In this document: positions 63,418 to 64,000 of the stretch, piece by piece
How positions within the stretch are numbered: position 1 is the first letter of the stretch
How the letters are laid out: every line of letters begins with the position of its first letter
Assembly (NCBI RefSeq): GCF_035084215.1
Contig: NC_090368.1
Span: 4,712,001-4,776,000, forward strand
DNA: 64,000 bases
Direction of reading: 5' to 3'
Source: Heptranchias perlo
Lineage: Eukaryota
The notes under the pieces: generated by a model
What the model was told of the DNA's origin: nothing
The model's database searches: none
The model's input: only the letters and a program-made list of their open reading frames with translations
Made by a program: the position numbers and the translations under genes

Positions 63418-63660
63418 TCCCTTTTTAAAGTAGGGAAATACACACCGTCTGATAAACATCAAACATTTTTTTTATTTCGTTTCCGCAGAACTGCTAATCT
63501 GCGCTGCAAAGAGTTAAAATGCATTGGGTGTTGGCTTAAAGGTTGATCTAATACTCCCACCGCTTATGCGTAACAGTTGAAGCCTCTTTTAAAGTTTGCA
63601 CTCTGGACTTTCAGCCTGCGAGTGTGTGCTTGCTGTGTTTCTCTCGCTCTCGTGCCTCAG

Positions 63661-63742
63661 TATTCCCAACACCTCCCTCGCCACGAGCTTTGCGGCGTCT
63701 GTCCAGCCCGCAAGAGGAAGGCTTTGTGCCGAACAAGGATGG
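63661..63742 (+). other. Candidate exon ending ATG G|GTGAGT; possibly the first coding exon of the divergent neighbour gene (SELENBP1 by synteny)
   Basis: Polypyrimidine tract plus ctcag acceptor at 63660 and aggATGG|gtgagt donor. Gene identity is inferred only from recalled human synteny. Confidence 0.3.
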
Positions 63743-64000
63743 GTGAGTCGGAAAAATTCTCTTTTTGTTCTTTAAAAAGGAAAGAATTCTCCCCCCTTTG
63801 CGCCCTTACCACAGAAAGGTCACAGCACGGAAGGAGGCCGTTCGGCCCATCGAGTCCGGGCCGGCTCCGCGCAACGTCCCGCTCCCCTGCTCTATCCCCG
63901 TGGCCCTGCAAATTTGTTTTCCTCTCGAGCACTTGTCCAGTTCCCACTCGAAGCCCCCCCTCGATCCGTCCCTGGTGTTTCGGAGACCTGCGGCATTGTG

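Overview
Vertebrate genomic DNA, most likely a cartilaginous fish (shark), judging by SacSINE1/Deu-type SINEs, CR1/L2 LINE fragments and Penelope-like remnants. Two conserved minus-strand genes are present. PSMB4 is complete (8 coding exons, 57066-45318, 253 aa). POGZ is represented by its 5' part: a CpG promoter at about 37.3-38.2 kb and coding exons at 25.6, 24.0, 21.6 and 19.6 kb. The most notable structure is at 1-12.7 kb, downstream of the last visible POGZ exon: a tandem array of at least six ~1.7-2.6 kb units. Each unit carries a large ATG-less minus-strand exon with a near-identical splice acceptor. The exons read in frame with the phase-1 POGZ donor, and where the 3' end is intact they finish with a stop followed by a poly(A) hexamer. 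They encode varying numbers of a 24-aa Q/P-rich module and a ~50-aa Arg-rich module resembling a bZIP basic region. The arrangement suggests a constant N-terminus with a variable last exon, as in Drosophila lola/mod(mdg4); the splicing is inferred, not observed. Also present are a near full-length CR1/L2-type LINE (59-62 kb), many SINE/LINE fragments, minimal hammerhead ribozyme motifs in Penelope-like remnants, palindromes, an assembly gap and a possible first coding exon of SELENBP1.
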